DNA of 64,000 nucleotides from Ignavibacteriota bacterium (GTDB taxonomy: Bacteria > Bacteroidota > Ignavibacteria > UBA10030), in contig CAVSHO010000001.1 in NCBI GenBank assembly GCA_963727825.1, positions 404,879-468,878 on the forward strand. The letters run 5' to 3'. A model generated the notes under the pieces. That model was given only the letters and a program-made list of their open reading frames with translations. It was not told the DNA's origin and did no database searches. Of the stretch, positions 31,609-41,918 are shown piece by piece. The position numbers were made by a program, and so were the translations under genes. Position 1 is the stretch's first letter. Every line of letters begins with the position of its first letter.

Positions 31609-32601
31609 ATGAAAAACGGAATAGTTTTTTTGTTCTGCCTTATTCTTATAAGCTTTGGTTTGATTTTAGCACAGCCTAATAATAGAAGTGAGAAAAGCAT
31701 CACGATAGGACTTATAGGAAAGAGCCAATCAAATCCTGTGTTTATAGCCGCATATTCTGGAGCCCGTGTAGCCGCAAAAGAACTTGGCGCTAAATATGGT
31801 GTGGATGTTATTATCGATTGGCAGACACCGGAGACTGAGAACCCAAAGGAGCAAGTTCAGGCAATTGAACGGCTTAGTCATTCTGGTGCGGCTGGAATTG
31901 CCATTGCTTGCAGCGATGCAAAAATTCTTACTCCATCTATCGACAAAGCGGTTGATCTTGGTATACAAGTAGTTTGCTTTGATGCCGATGCACCGAAGAG
32001 TAAACGTTTTGCCTATTATGGTTCGGATAATGCTGAATTTGGACGCACACTTATGAAGGAACTTGCTCAAGTAATGAATAAACATGGAGTTGTGGCAATT
32101 ATTGGTGGTAATAAGAGTGCATTGAATCTTCAAAGCCGTATTCAAGCTGCCAAAGAAGAACTTAAGAATTATCCATCGATGAGTCTTCTCACAAATGGAG
32201 TTTTTTATCATGAGGAACTTCCGGAGAAGGCGGCTGAAGCAGTAGCTCGAGCACAAAAAGCAAATCCCCAAATTGGAGGTTGGATATTTATCGGTGGATG
32301 GCCGCTCTGGAATAAAAATGCGATAAAATGGGAACCAGGGAAAGTAAAAATCGTTGCCTGCGATGCGCTACCCGATGAATTAGAATATGTCAAGAGTGGT
32401 CATGTTCAAGTTCTTATCGCGCAGGGTTGCTTTTTATGGGGATATAAATCAGTCGAAATTTTGCTTAATAAGATCCTGAAGAATCAGACACCAACTATTG
32501 AATTGATTGTCGATCCACCGACTCGTGTCACGAAAGAAAACATGGAGGAATGGTCATTGAATTGGAAGAAATGGTTATTCAAAGAAGCATTGAATCGTTG
32601 A
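31609..32601 (+). CDS. RbsB/LacI-fold periplasmic sugar-binding protein
   Basis: Signal peptide; KSQSNPVF, VCFDADAP, GSDNAEFG, VACD, LIAQ...G; no permease nearby. Confidence 0.85.
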   Translation: MKNGIVFLFCLILISFGLILAQPNNRSEKSITIGLIGKSQSNPVFIAAYSGARVAAKELGAKYGVDVIIDWQTPETENPKEQVQAIERLSHSGAAGIAIACSDAKILTPSIDKAVDLGIQVVCFDADAPKSKRFAYYGSDNAEFGRTLMKELAQVMNKHGVVAIIGGNKSALNLQSRIQAAKEELKNYPSMSLLTNGVFYHEELPEKAAEAVARAQKANPQIGGWIFIGGWPLWNKNAIKWEPGKVKIVACDALPDELEYVKSGHVQVLIAQGCFLWGYKSVEILLNKILKNQTPTIELIVDPPTRVTKENMEEWSLNWKKWLFKEALNR

Positions 32602-32647
32602 GAATAACTAACAAGCAACATTGATAAGTGTGTTATAAATTGTAAAT

Positions 32648-32687
32648 AAAACGAAATTGCCAAATTTAAAATGAACGATTTCGTTTT
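32648..32687. terminator. Inverted repeat ending the chemosensory cluster
   Basis: AAAACGAAATTG ... CGATTTCGTTTT, immediately followed by GTAGCAGTGG. Confidence 0.5.
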
Positions 32688-33391
32688 GTAGCAGTGGAAA
32701 ATCTCAAGTTGAAATTCGTATATTATTTAAGAGGATCTTTATAGTTTCCATTATTGGCTTCAGCCCCGAACTTGCCATTGTTTGAATCAACGATCGTAAT
32801 CATTACATAATCGTAACTGCAACAAAATTCCGCATTCTTTCAAATTGACGTTTTGGCGGATGAAGTAATGTTTACAGCACCAGAAGCCTTTTTCCCTAAT
32901 CAAATTGCCGACGCTTGATAATGAAAAAATACTAACTTATCATTAGTACATCCTTTTAGGTAGGTCAATTCATTTTTAAATCGATATAAAGATTGACATT
33001 ACGATCTCGAAAGTGTAGATTTCTCAAGGGTGCAAATCTAGAAAACTATGCGAGACAGAAAACAGGGAATCGGGAAATAATATTGTCCCACTTTTACAAA
33101 GGAATTCAAACCTAGAATGGGATCGCATGGTTCTTTGGGGAATATAATAAAAGTCAATTGACGCGTGATCCTTTCGATGGGGACTTACTCTGTGGGGATG
33201 ATTTGTAAGAAGACAAAACCCGTTTACGATTTTAATCGGTTTTTTTATCATCCGATCTCGAGGTTCATAGAGCCATTTTATCTACAAATAATCGGTGATA
33301 CAGACTATGGAATTACCTATAGACACAATAACTCCAAGTTTTTTCTAATTAGTAACCGCAACTATTTTCACACCTGTTCTATTGATCGCAC

Positions 33392-34135
33392 ATGAATAAT
33401 TGGTGGCTCGATATTATCCTTATTGTAAGTGCATGTGCTGTATATATTGGCGGTGCATTTCAATATCGCTATATCAAAAGGGGACAAAAACGTGAGCAAG
33501 AATTATCACATATGCTGATCGATCTTCAGGAAAAAGAGAGAAAAAGAATTGCAGCTGAATTACATGACAGTATTGGTCAGGATATTCTAATTATAAAGAA
33601 TTATGCATTGATAGGACTTCGGTCAAAGAAGAACCTGTCCAAAATGGCTAAACAGTTACATGAAATATCATCTTTTGCTTCTCAAACACTGGAAGACGTG
33701 CGGAAGATCTCGCAAAATCTGCGCCCAGTTCTTTTGGATCGTCTAGGACTCACAGAAGCACTTAAACATCTTGTGGCAACAATTGGCACTGTGACTTCAA
33801 TCGATATTACAGCGTCCATTATAGAAGTGGATAATATTTTTGACAAAGATTCCGAGATTAATCTTTTCAGGTTGGTTCAGGAAGCTCTTAATAATATCAT
33901 AAAACATTCTCAAGCGAAAGAAGCTGACGTAAAAATCACAAAAGATGATAAAATGATTCATTTGATCATCTCTGACAATGGCAAAGGTTTGGTTAAGACG
34001 ACGCCTGAGAGAAAAATGTATGATGGATTTGGACTTATAGTTATGTCAGAAAGAGTAAAGATGCTTAATGGTTCATTGAATTGTGTCTCCACTCCAGGAA
34101 TCGGAACAATGCTCTTGATCGATATACCTTTGTAG
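33392..34135 (+). CDS. HisKA_3 histidine kinase with a single TM and no sensor domain
   Basis: One N-terminal TM; ERKRIAAELHDSIGQ, QEALNNIIKHS, DNGKG, GFGL. Confidence 0.9.
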   Translation: MNNWWLDIILIVSACAVYIGGAFQYRYIKRGQKREQELSHMLIDLQEKERKRIAAELHDSIGQDILIIKNYALIGLRSKKNLSKMAKQLHEISSFASQTLEDVRKISQNLRPVLLDRLGLTEALKHLVATIGTVTSIDITASIIEVDNIFDKDSEINLFRLVQEALNNIIKHSQAKEADVKITKDDKMIHLIISDNGKGLVKTTPERKMYDGFGLIVMSERVKMLNGSLNCVSTPGIGTMLLIDIPL

Positions 34136-34141
34136 ATAACA

Positions 34142-34795
34142 GTGATAAAAATTATTCAAATACTCATTGTCGATGATCATCCCGTATTCCGGAGTGGTCT
34201 ACGGAGTATCATTGAATCCGAAAAAAAAATGCATATCGTTGGCGATGTACCTAATGGTGAAGTAGCGCTCGAATTTCTCAAAGATCATTCTATCGATGTT
34301 GTAATACTTGACCTAGACATGCCAAAGATGAACGGCCTAGAATTTGCAGAGGCGGTTGCTAAACAAAATATTCCCGTCGAGATTATCATTCTTACCATGT
34401 ATAAAGAGGAAGAGCTGTTTTCCCGCGCGATGGACCTTGGAGTAAAAGGATTCGTGAGCAAAGAAAATGCTGTAACCGAGATTGCTGAAGCAATACGTAC
34501 GGTGACCGATGGACGTTATTTTGTCAGTTCTATGTACTCTCATTATTTGGTTCGTCGAAGTAGTTCACCGCCGGCACTATCGGGTAGATCGACCGATCTT
34601 GAACTATTAACAGCGGCTGAACGAAAAGTTCTTAAACTTATTGCAGAGAATAAAAGCACTAAACAGATTGCAGAAGAGCTATTCATAAGTCCAAAAACCG
34701 TTGAAAATCATCGTACAAATATTTGCATAAAATTGGGTATTCATGGCAGCCATGCACTCTTGCGGTTCCTACTAGAGAACAGATCTCTTCTCTAA
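34142..34795 (+). CDS. NarL-family response regulator
   Basis: IVDDHPVFRSG receiver; LTAAERKVL...ISPKTVENHRTNI HTH. Confidence 0.93.
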   Translation: MIKIIQILIVDDHPVFRSGLRSIIESEKKMHIVGDVPNGEVALEFLKDHSIDVVILDLDMPKMNGLEFAEAVAKQNIPVEIIILTMYKEEELFSRAMDLGVKGFVSKENAVTEIAEAIRTVTDGRYFVSSMYSHYLVRRSSSPPALSGRSTDLELLTAAERKVLKLIAENKSTKQIAEELFISPKTVENHRTNICIKLGIHGSHALLRFLLENRSLL

Positions 34796-34979
34796 GCGCC
34801 ATATTGGTCAATTGCAACGAAAATTGAATAAAATTTCAAGGTATTGACTTAACTCTCCATTTCTTGCTTAAGTGGAAACACCTAGGGAACAGAATAAGGG
34901 AAAACCCCGATTGCATATGTGTAGGCAAAAGAATAAACTATACCCAAGAAATTAAGCCGTTATACTTTGAGATAGAATT

Positions 34980-35333
34980 ATGAATTCATGTTTAAGCGTT
35001 TTAATTGTCGATGATAATGCAAAAATGAGATCGATGATTGCGGAAATTTTAAAACAAAAGACAAGTAAGATATTCGAATGTTCGGATGGTGTGGATGCAC
35101 TTAGTGAATATATTATTCATCGTCCTGATTGGATATTGATGGATGTAAAGATGAATAATATGGATGGTCTCACTGCGACTGGATTGATTCATGAATATTT
35201 TCCCAAAGCTAAGGTCATGATTGTTTCTCAAGATGACACCAAAGCGATAAGACAAGCCGCATACGAGGTTGGTGCATCGGCATTTGTTGGGAAAGAAAAT
35301 TTATTAGGCATCTTGGATAAATTAAAGCAATAA
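34980..35333 (+). CDS. Single-domain receiver protein
   Basis: VLIVDDN, MDVKM, FVGKEN. Confidence 0.88.
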   Translation: MNSCLSVLIVDDNAKMRSMIAEILKQKTSKIFECSDGVDALSEYIIHRPDWILMDVKMNNMDGLTATGLIHEYFPKAKVMIVSQDDTKAIRQAAYEVGASAFVGKENLLGILDKLKQ

Positions 35334-35365
35334 GAATATTGCAGGACATTAAGGGATAAATCAGC

Positions 35366-35809
35366 GTGAATGGGAGTGTAAAAGTTGTATTAGTAATTGG
35401 GTTTAGTGTTGTATTTGGTTTCTATGCTTTCATGATCCAAGGAAACAACAACAGGATCATACAGGTAGGAAATCAAAGAAGTTATTACACAGAAGCGTGT
35501 ATGATCACAACTGCCGGTCTAAATGATGCTATCTACAATATGAGAGATACGTCGTTGTGGGCGGGCGGGTTAAGCAACCCAGTGAAAGTCAATAATCTAG
35601 TGCTGGCAGGTGGTGATACTGCATCATATATTGTTGAAAGAAATCTAAGTGGTCTTTCCTCTGATGAAGCGCGAGTAACTGTGACTGGAAAATATGGAGG
35701 TGTTTCAGCGAAACAAATTGCGGTCATCAAAAAAGTTCTAACATATCCATATTATAGATGTCAGGTTGTTAATGTTTATGTCTATCCATATCAACTCCCC
35801 GCTTCCTAG
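35366..35809 (+). CDS. PilX-like pilin-type membrane protein
   Basis: N-terminal hydrophobic helix, EACMITTAGLNDAI (PilX-like AxxG helix), VTVTGKYG; upstream of pilC/pilB-like genes. Confidence 0.55.
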   Translation: MNGSVKVVLVIGFSVVFGFYAFMIQGNNNRIIQVGNQRSYYTEACMITTAGLNDAIYNMRDTSLWAGGLSNPVKVNNLVLAGGDTASYIVERNLSGLSSDEARVTVTGKYGGVSAKQIAVIKKVLTYPYYRCQVVNVYVYPYQLPAS

Positions 35810-36138
35810 CTTTACCAAGAATCTACACACACTACATTTTTTATTTTGCACTTCTTTTTCGATAAACTGATCAGATCTTCTTTGCATTAAATGAATATCG
35901 AGTTCATTGCATAAGAGATAGTGCAAATCGTACTTGTATTTGCCCCTTTATCCTGACTCCAATTAGAATTCATGTGCGTGCAAATTTCTTTAATAATGGA
36001 TATATTACCAATAGATTAATATGGAAATATCAAAGTGAGCTGATGGAAACTACTATTGAGACTCTATTGCAATATTTTTACTATATTACTTTTCAAGTGA
36101 TATACTAAGTATGTATGAAAGACTAGAATGGAAATTTA

Positions 36139-37473
36139 ATGCAAACATCTAGTACAAATGAATATCGAGTAACGATTCGCGACAAGTCTGGCAATATCAC
36201 ACGGCGACAAATTGTTGCGACATCAACAGCCCATGCAAAAAAACGTGCAACCGCTTTTATTCAGCAGGGCAGCATAATTCAATCCATAAAGCAAAAGGTC
36301 ACGTATCGATATCGAGTTTTACAGGGTAAAAATATCATAGAAGGATCTCAAAGTGCCTATTCACGGGAAGAGGTTGTTCTTGGTCTTCAACGCTTGGGAT
36401 TCAAAATTAAATCGGTACAAAGACGCACAAATTTTTTTATAAAAGCTCCAGCTAGTGAAATAGTAGGCTTCATTAAGCAATCCGCAAAGCTAATCGAGCA
36501 GAAGCTTCCTTTTAATGATGTCCTCCAATTAATGGCAAACCATATAAAGGAAAAGAACCTCCGTGGTGCTTTACACGAAATTATTAATGACCTGCGAAAT
36601 GGAATAGATTCACAAGAAGCTTTTATACGTCAAGCACCTGTGTTTGGATATCATACGAGCCTCATGCTGGGAATCGCGACCAAGAGCGGTAACATAGAAC
36701 AAGTATTTGAAAGTGTGGCACAGCTGGTGGAACGACAAGCGGATTTTAAAAAAGGATTGACCAGTTCTCTTATGCTTCCAGCTGTTACAGCAATCACAAT
36801 GGTTGGAGCGATTGGATTCTATGTGGTATATCTTTTGCCTCAAATGATGGAGATGTTGGGGCCCAACATGGAAGAAATTCCACCATTGACTGCGATGACA
36901 TTGGGAGTAAGTGATTGGCTTAAAGAATATTATATATATATAGCTGCCCTTATCTTTGTCGTCTCGCTTATTTTCTATTTATACATAACTTCTACACAAG
37001 GACGCTTGAAGTATCATCAATTTCTCATTCGCGTTCCATATATTGGCCGAATTCTGCGTGATACAAGCACCGAAATCTTTTGTCGGGTGTTTGGAATTAT
37101 GTATGCCTCCTCAGGCGAGAACATTGATGCGATTCAAATTGCCGGAGATACTTGTGGTAATCCGTATTTGGCTTATCAGATCCGGAATGTGGCAGTTCCA
37201 CATATGTTGCGGTTTGGAGTGGAACTCGGAAAAGCGATAGAAGAAACGGGATTCTTCCCCGAGTTGGTTACATCGCGATTCAAAACTGGTGCGGAGACTG
37301 GCAACGTCAAAGCGACAGCAATGCAACTTGCTGATTATTATCAAATGGAAAACGGATACGCCATGAAAAATTTGGCAAATGTTATTGAAATGGCAGTGAC
37401 AGTGATGATTACAATCTCACTTGTTTTTCTTACACTTCTTTCAACAGAAACAGCGAATGTGCATCTTAAATGA
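36139..37473 (+). CDS. pilC: Type IV pilus/T2SS platform protein (PilC/GspF family)
   Basis: Two T2SSF repeats (SGNIEQVF, GAETGNV...LADYY), LLPQM, IPPLT, RVPYIG. Confidence 0.88.
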   Translation: MQTSSTNEYRVTIRDKSGNITRRQIVATSTAHAKKRATAFIQQGSIIQSIKQKVTYRYRVLQGKNIIEGSQSAYSREEVVLGLQRLGFKIKSVQRRTNFFIKAPASEIVGFIKQSAKLIEQKLPFNDVLQLMANHIKEKNLRGALHEIINDLRNGIDSQEAFIRQAPVFGYHTSLMLGIATKSGNIEQVFESVAQLVERQADFKKGLTSSLMLPAVTAITMVGAIGFYVVYLLPQMMEMLGPNMEEIPPLTAMTLGVSDWLKEYYIYIAALIFVVSLIFYLYITSTQGRLKYHQFLIRVPYIGRILRDTSTEIFCRVFGIMYASSGENIDAIQIAGDTCGNPYLAYQIRNVAVPHMLRFGVELGKAIEETGFFPELVTSRFKTGAETGNVKATAMQLADYYQMENGYAMKNLANVIEMAVTVMITISLVFLTLLSTETANVHLK

Positions 37474-37535
37474 AGATAACAACGATATGTTCTTGAGTAA
37501 AGATTAGTCATCATCCATCGACGAGAGCAAGTAAT

Positions 37536-39380
37536 ATGATGAATTCAATGGGATCCGAGACGACGAGTAGTTTTAAAAAACGCGACCTTGGTGATATCCT
37601 AGTAGAAAAAGGGATTGTCACTCCTGAAATTTTATCTGAAGCAATTAAGACCATGAGCGGAGATACTCAAAAACAAAGACGAAACCTCCCATGGATCCTA
37701 TGTAACACGTTTAATGTAGATCGTGAACTACTGTATATGGAGGTTGCTAAGTTTTACGCATTTCGCATCTTGGATATTTCCAAAACAAAGCTCGAGGATA
37801 GTCATCTCGCATTTATCCGACGTGAGTTCAATGCACTCCCAGATTCAATAAAAGATAAGGCTATTGACCACAGTGTGTTGCCATATTCAGTTGATCCGAA
37901 TCGGTTGGATCGTCTCCTTATTGCAACGCCGGATCCTACCGGTGCGGGGGCTGTGTCCGTTGCACGCGCATTTCGCTATGGCAAATTCGAGATTTGTTAT
38001 ATGCCCTTTTCGCAGTGGAACGATCTGTGGAAACGTGTTGCGATCGATCGATCATCCTATCAGCAGCATTTAGATGAGTCAAGTTATCTGCAGGATGAAA
38101 CTGAAGAGGAAGCAGAACAATACGAACAAGCCCTGGAAGATGAAATTAGCAAAAGCGGACTTGTCGAGCTCGTTGAAAAAATATTTGTTGATGGTGTTCG
38201 TGTCGGTGCGAGCGATATCCATGTAATTCCACGAGGTGAAAAGGTTACGGAATTTCACTTTCGAGTCGATGGAAAACTTTCGCTCTGGTATACCTACACC
38301 GATGCACGCGCAGAAGCTGTGTCCGCTGTAGTGAAGGATCGAGCAAAAAACCTCGATCGTTTTGAGCGGAATGTCGCTCAGGATGGATTTGCCCAAATTA
38401 TAATTGACCGAAAAGCCGTTCGCTATCGACTTTCAGTAATTCCAATAGTGGGAAAGGAACTGAAAAGCAGATATGAATCGATTGTAATCAGAATACTGCA
38501 AGAACCAAATCTTAGTATCCGCATCGAAGAACTTGGGTTTGAACCATATGCTGAACAAGCACTTCGCAACGCTCTATCAAAACCCCATGGAATCGTCATT
38601 GTGACAGGTCCGACGGGCAGCGGTAAAAGCACGACACTCGTTGCTGCGCTGAGGACGATCATGAACCCATCTGTCAATATAATGACCGTTGAAGATCCGG
38701 TGGAATATTTAATTGAGGGTGGTCGTCAGGTAAAACTTAACCCGAAACTCGATTTCGAAGGAGCACTACGAGCCATACTTCGTCACGATCCAGATATTAT
38801 TATGGTAGGCGAGATACGTGACCGCATCACTGCTGATATTGCTATCAAGTTTGCAAACACCGGCCACCTGACTTTATCGACACTGCACACGAACGATGCC
38901 CCGAGCGCCATCTCGCGTCTCTTCAAGATGGGAGTGGAGCCATTCCTGATCGGCTATGCGATCAATCTTATCCTTGCGCAGCGTCTCGTACGCAAACTTT
39001 GTCCAAAATGTAAGGCGGTCATCGATGAAATAGATATGGAAGCTCTCCGAAAACTCGGAATCGATCCTGACGATTTAAAACAAACTAAGATCTACCGTCC
39101 TATGGGTTGCGGAGATTGTGTGCATGGGTACAAAGGCCGGATGGCCATACACGAAGCTTTATATTTCTATAAAAATATCAGACAGCTCATTCTTAGATCG
39201 GATCAATTAGTGGATGAAGATGCATTGCGAGTTCTTGCGGCAAAAAACGGAATGCAGACACTAAGACACTCGGCGATAGAATTAATGAAGAAAGGTATCA
39301 CCTCTATAGAAGAGGTCGCCACTGTGACTATGGAAGACGAGTCTCAGATTGTTTCAACATATCTTGATGTTAATAATTAA
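37536..39380 (+). CDS. pilB: Type IV pilus/T2SS assembly ATPase (PilB/GspE family)
   Basis: MshEN-like LGDILVEKG; ASDIH; GPTGSGKSTT; EDPVEY; LRHDPDIIMVGEIRD; TGHLTLSTLHTND; tetra-Cys. Confidence 0.93.
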   Translation: MMNSMGSETTSSFKKRDLGDILVEKGIVTPEILSEAIKTMSGDTQKQRRNLPWILCNTFNVDRELLYMEVAKFYAFRILDISKTKLEDSHLAFIRREFNALPDSIKDKAIDHSVLPYSVDPNRLDRLLIATPDPTGAGAVSVARAFRYGKFEICYMPFSQWNDLWKRVAIDRSSYQQHLDESSYLQDETEEEAEQYEQALEDEISKSGLVELVEKIFVDGVRVGASDIHVIPRGEKVTEFHFRVDGKLSLWYTYTDARAEAVSAVVKDRAKNLDRFERNVAQDGFAQIIIDRKAVRYRLSVIPIVGKELKSRYESIVIRILQEPNLSIRIEELGFEPYAEQALRNALSKPHGIVIVTGPTGSGKSTTLVAALRTIMNPSVNIMTVEDPVEYLIEGGRQVKLNPKLDFEGALRAILRHDPDIIMVGEIRDRITADIAIKFANTGHLTLSTLHTNDAPSAISRLFKMGVEPFLIGYAINLILAQRLVRKLCPKCKAVIDEIDMEALRKLGIDPDDLKQTKIYRPMGCGDCVHGYKGRMAIHEALYFYKNIRQLILRSDQLVDEDALRVLAAKNGMQTLRHSAIELMKKGITSIEEVATVTMEDESQIVSTYLDVNN

Positions 39381-39481
39381 TCGTAGAGGCTGCAACAGTC
39401 TCGATGGAAGGCGATTAAAGTGTTTGGCTGTTTTGGTTTGTATGTTTTGCGGGAGTTAGGATCATTGTATAAAGGGGCAAG

Positions 39482-40027
39482 ATGAGTTTAGGACAATCGA
39501 TATTGGCGGCTGCTGCACTCATTGTGCTTACAATATTGGTGATCAGTGCAAATAGAATGATTGTTCAGAGTCAGCAGGACGAATATAGGATTATAGCCGT
39601 TAAAGAAGCCAGCGAAATCGCAAGCTCTATAATCAATGAAGCACTGAGTAAACAATACGATTCATATAATCCATCCACGTATGTGACGAATCCCAACGAT
39701 TTTTCTAATCCAGGACCAAACCCAACAACAGAGCAACCTTATGTTCCATCGAACCCATATTACGATACGTCTTTGATTCCGTATGCATCTAAGTTCCGTT
39801 CGATGATATATTATAATGATTTTGATGATTATAATGGATATTGGCGGAAAGTCGACACTCAAACCCTAAAAGGATATTTAGCAAAATGTACAGTGGGGTA
39901 TGTACAATCCAGCAATTTCAATATTTCCACGGGTACAAAAGGATACTTTAAACGAATAGTTGTGACAGTGGAACATCCAATGTATCTTGAACCACCAATA
40001 TCTTTCAGTGCAGTAAAAACCTACTAG
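39482..40027 (+). CDS. Pilin/pseudopilin-like protein without a canonical prepilin leader
   Basis: N-terminal hydrophobic helix from residue 1; FDDYNG; C-terminal KRIVVTV beta strand typical of PilV/GspI-like minor pilins. Confidence 0.55.
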   Translation: MSLGQSILAAAALIVLTILVISANRMIVQSQQDEYRIIAVKEASEIASSIINEALSKQYDSYNPSTYVTNPNDFSNPGPNPTTEQPYVPSNPYYDTSLIPYASKFRSMIYYNDFDDYNGYWRKVDTQTLKGYLAKCTVGYVQSSNFNISTGTKGYFKRIVVTVEHPMYLEPPISFSAVKTY

Positions 40028-40029
40028 TT

Positions 40030-40560
40030 ATGGTATTCTTTGATATAATCCAATCCTACATTATTAAAGGAGCTATCATTCTCGTTATTCTCCAAACGAT
40101 GCTTTTATTGCAGAACTTACTCTATCAACATACTGAAAAGGCGGTGTTGGAGGAGGAACTCGGTACTGCCTCATTTACCTTCTCTTCCGATATGCAACAG
40201 GCGGGGTACAATTCTGCGACGGCTTTTACGATTGCAGATACAAGCGGGATTGGAATAAAAGGTGATATCGATAACGATGGTACTGCTGACGATGTAAGAT
40301 ATTATCTTGCCCCAATGCCATCTTCAACGAAATTCTATTTGGAGAGAACGGTCAACAACGGGACGCCGTCCATAGTGGGAAGAAATTTTAGAAAATTTTA
40401 TCTCACTTACTATGATAATGCCGGTAATACGACATCTATTTTGTCGAATATCAAATCAATCTCCATTCAAGCGACTATGGAAAACGATGTACAATTTTAT
40501 GGCGACTATCTCAGATCCTCTTGGCAGACTCAGATATTCCCTCCCAGTATTAATAATTAA
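40030..40560 (+). CDS. PilW/PulJ-like minor pilin-type protein
   Basis: Hydrophobic N-helix, DMQQAGY, DIDNDGTADDVRYYL, FYLTYYD, IKSISI. Confidence 0.6.
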   Translation: MVFFDIIQSYIIKGAIILVILQTMLLLQNLLYQHTEKAVLEEELGTASFTFSSDMQQAGYNSATAFTIADTSGIGIKGDIDNDGTADDVRYYLAPMPSSTKFYLERTVNNGTPSIVGRNFRKFYLTYYDNAGNTTSILSNIKSISIQATMENDVQFYGDYLRSSWQTQIFPPSINN

Positions 40561-40849
40561 AGGGAGCCTCTCCGAAATTCCATCCCCCAAAAAGCCGTTG
40601 CATACCTTTGACGGTAAAAAAGCGCTATATCAGGTTAACATTTATACTGGCTTGGTTTATGAAGTATCAGTTAATACAGAAAGATCCGAACAATCCGCTC
40701 TCGATTTAATTACTACTCATCGGGATTATTTCTTAAAAGATGTATAATTTGACTATTAATTTATTATTGTATACAAATTGATAATTTAGTAAAATACAAC
40801 GGGGATCATCATAAAGTATCAAGAATGAAGGACAGAAAAAGGAATTGAA

Positions 40850-41902
40850 ATGGCAGATAAAAATGAAAAAGAAATGATATATCTGGATCGTAATGAAAAT
40901 AATTATGGTCCGGCTCCTAAGTGTTATGGGGTTCTGAAAAACATTGATTTTCGACAATTAAGCTGGTATACACGAATATATGAAAAAAGTGCAAAAGGAG
41001 AATTATCGCTGAGGTTAGCCAAAGAATATAATCTTCCTGAAAAAAATATTGTTATGGGCTACGGCGGTGAGGACCTTCTCAAAGCTATAATTCATTGCTA
41101 TCTTAAAAAAGGAGAAACACTTCTGATTCCGGCTTTTTCCTGGTGGTATTATAAATCTATTGCATCAGAAGTTGGCGGAAATACGGCTGAGTATCCATTA
41201 TATGCGGGTGAAGAAAGTTATCATTATGATATTGAGGGAACGCTTAAGGTATATCGTCAATTTAGGCCTAAAATTGTATTCATCAGTTCACCAAATAACC
41301 CTACAGGTAACAGTTTAACTCCTGAACAACTCAATAAAATACTCGATGAAATGAAAGACACTATTGTTGTTCTGGATGAAGCCTATGCTATGTTCAAAAC
41401 TACGGATAAATCTTACGTTAAGGATGTTGTAGAAAAATATCCGAAAGTGGCCGTTATCAGGACATTCTCAAAATATTTTGCCTTAGCTGGCGTTAGAATT
41501 GGTTATGCCTTAATCGGTAGTGAATTGGACTATTTTGGACTGCTCAATTCCAAATACCTGGGTTATGACCGGATCAATGAACAGGTTGCTATTGCCGCGC
41601 TGGATTCAATGCCTTATTATGAACGTATAACAGCACAGATGAATGAAGATAAAGAAATGTTTTTTAATGAATTCCGCAAACTTCCAGGATTCAAACCCTA
41701 CCGTTCGGATGCAAATTTTATATTGGTCGATATGGAAAAAAATAAAATGGCTGCTATGGATGATTTTCTGAAGAGAAAAGGGTTTGTTATCAAATTTATG
41801 AATGAAAAGATTTTGGATTCTCAATTACGAATTACAGTTGGAACGCATCAGGAAAACGTTCAATTAATGAATGCCATTAAGGAATTTGCCGCCAAGCAAT
41901 AA
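40850..41902 (+). CDS. PLP-dependent HisC/CobD-family aminotransferase or decarboxylase
   Basis: LDRNENNY, SPNNPTG, LDEAY, RTFSKYFALAGVRIGY, SDANF, RITVG. Confidence 0.9.
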   Translation: MADKNEKEMIYLDRNENNYGPAPKCYGVLKNIDFRQLSWYTRIYEKSAKGELSLRLAKEYNLPEKNIVMGYGGEDLLKAIIHCYLKKGETLLIPAFSWWYYKSIASEVGGNTAEYPLYAGEESYHYDIEGTLKVYRQFRPKIVFISSPNNPTGNSLTPEQLNKILDEMKDTIVVLDEAYAMFKTTDKSYVKDVVEKYPKVAVIRTFSKYFALAGVRIGYALIGSELDYFGLLNSKYLGYDRINEQVAIAALDSMPYYERITAQMNEDKEMFFNEFRKLPGFKPYRSDANFILVDMEKNKMAAMDDFLKRKGFVIKFMNEKILDSQLRITVGTHQENVQLMNAIKEFAAKQ

Positions 41903-41918
41903 TTCTAAATCACTACCT

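Noticed and set aside
33165-33395. 76-aa ORF overlapping the kinase start as a lost sensor domain
   Set aside because: No recognisable domain or RBS; cannot be supported without a homology search.
40412-40747. 111-aa plus-strand ORF after the pilin-like genes
   Set aside because: Overlaps the preceding gene in another frame, has a non-ATG start and no motif.
40850-41902. Assigning the symbol hisC
   Set aside because: The family match is clear, but the lipid-headgroup context and absence of his genes make the specific function uncertain.
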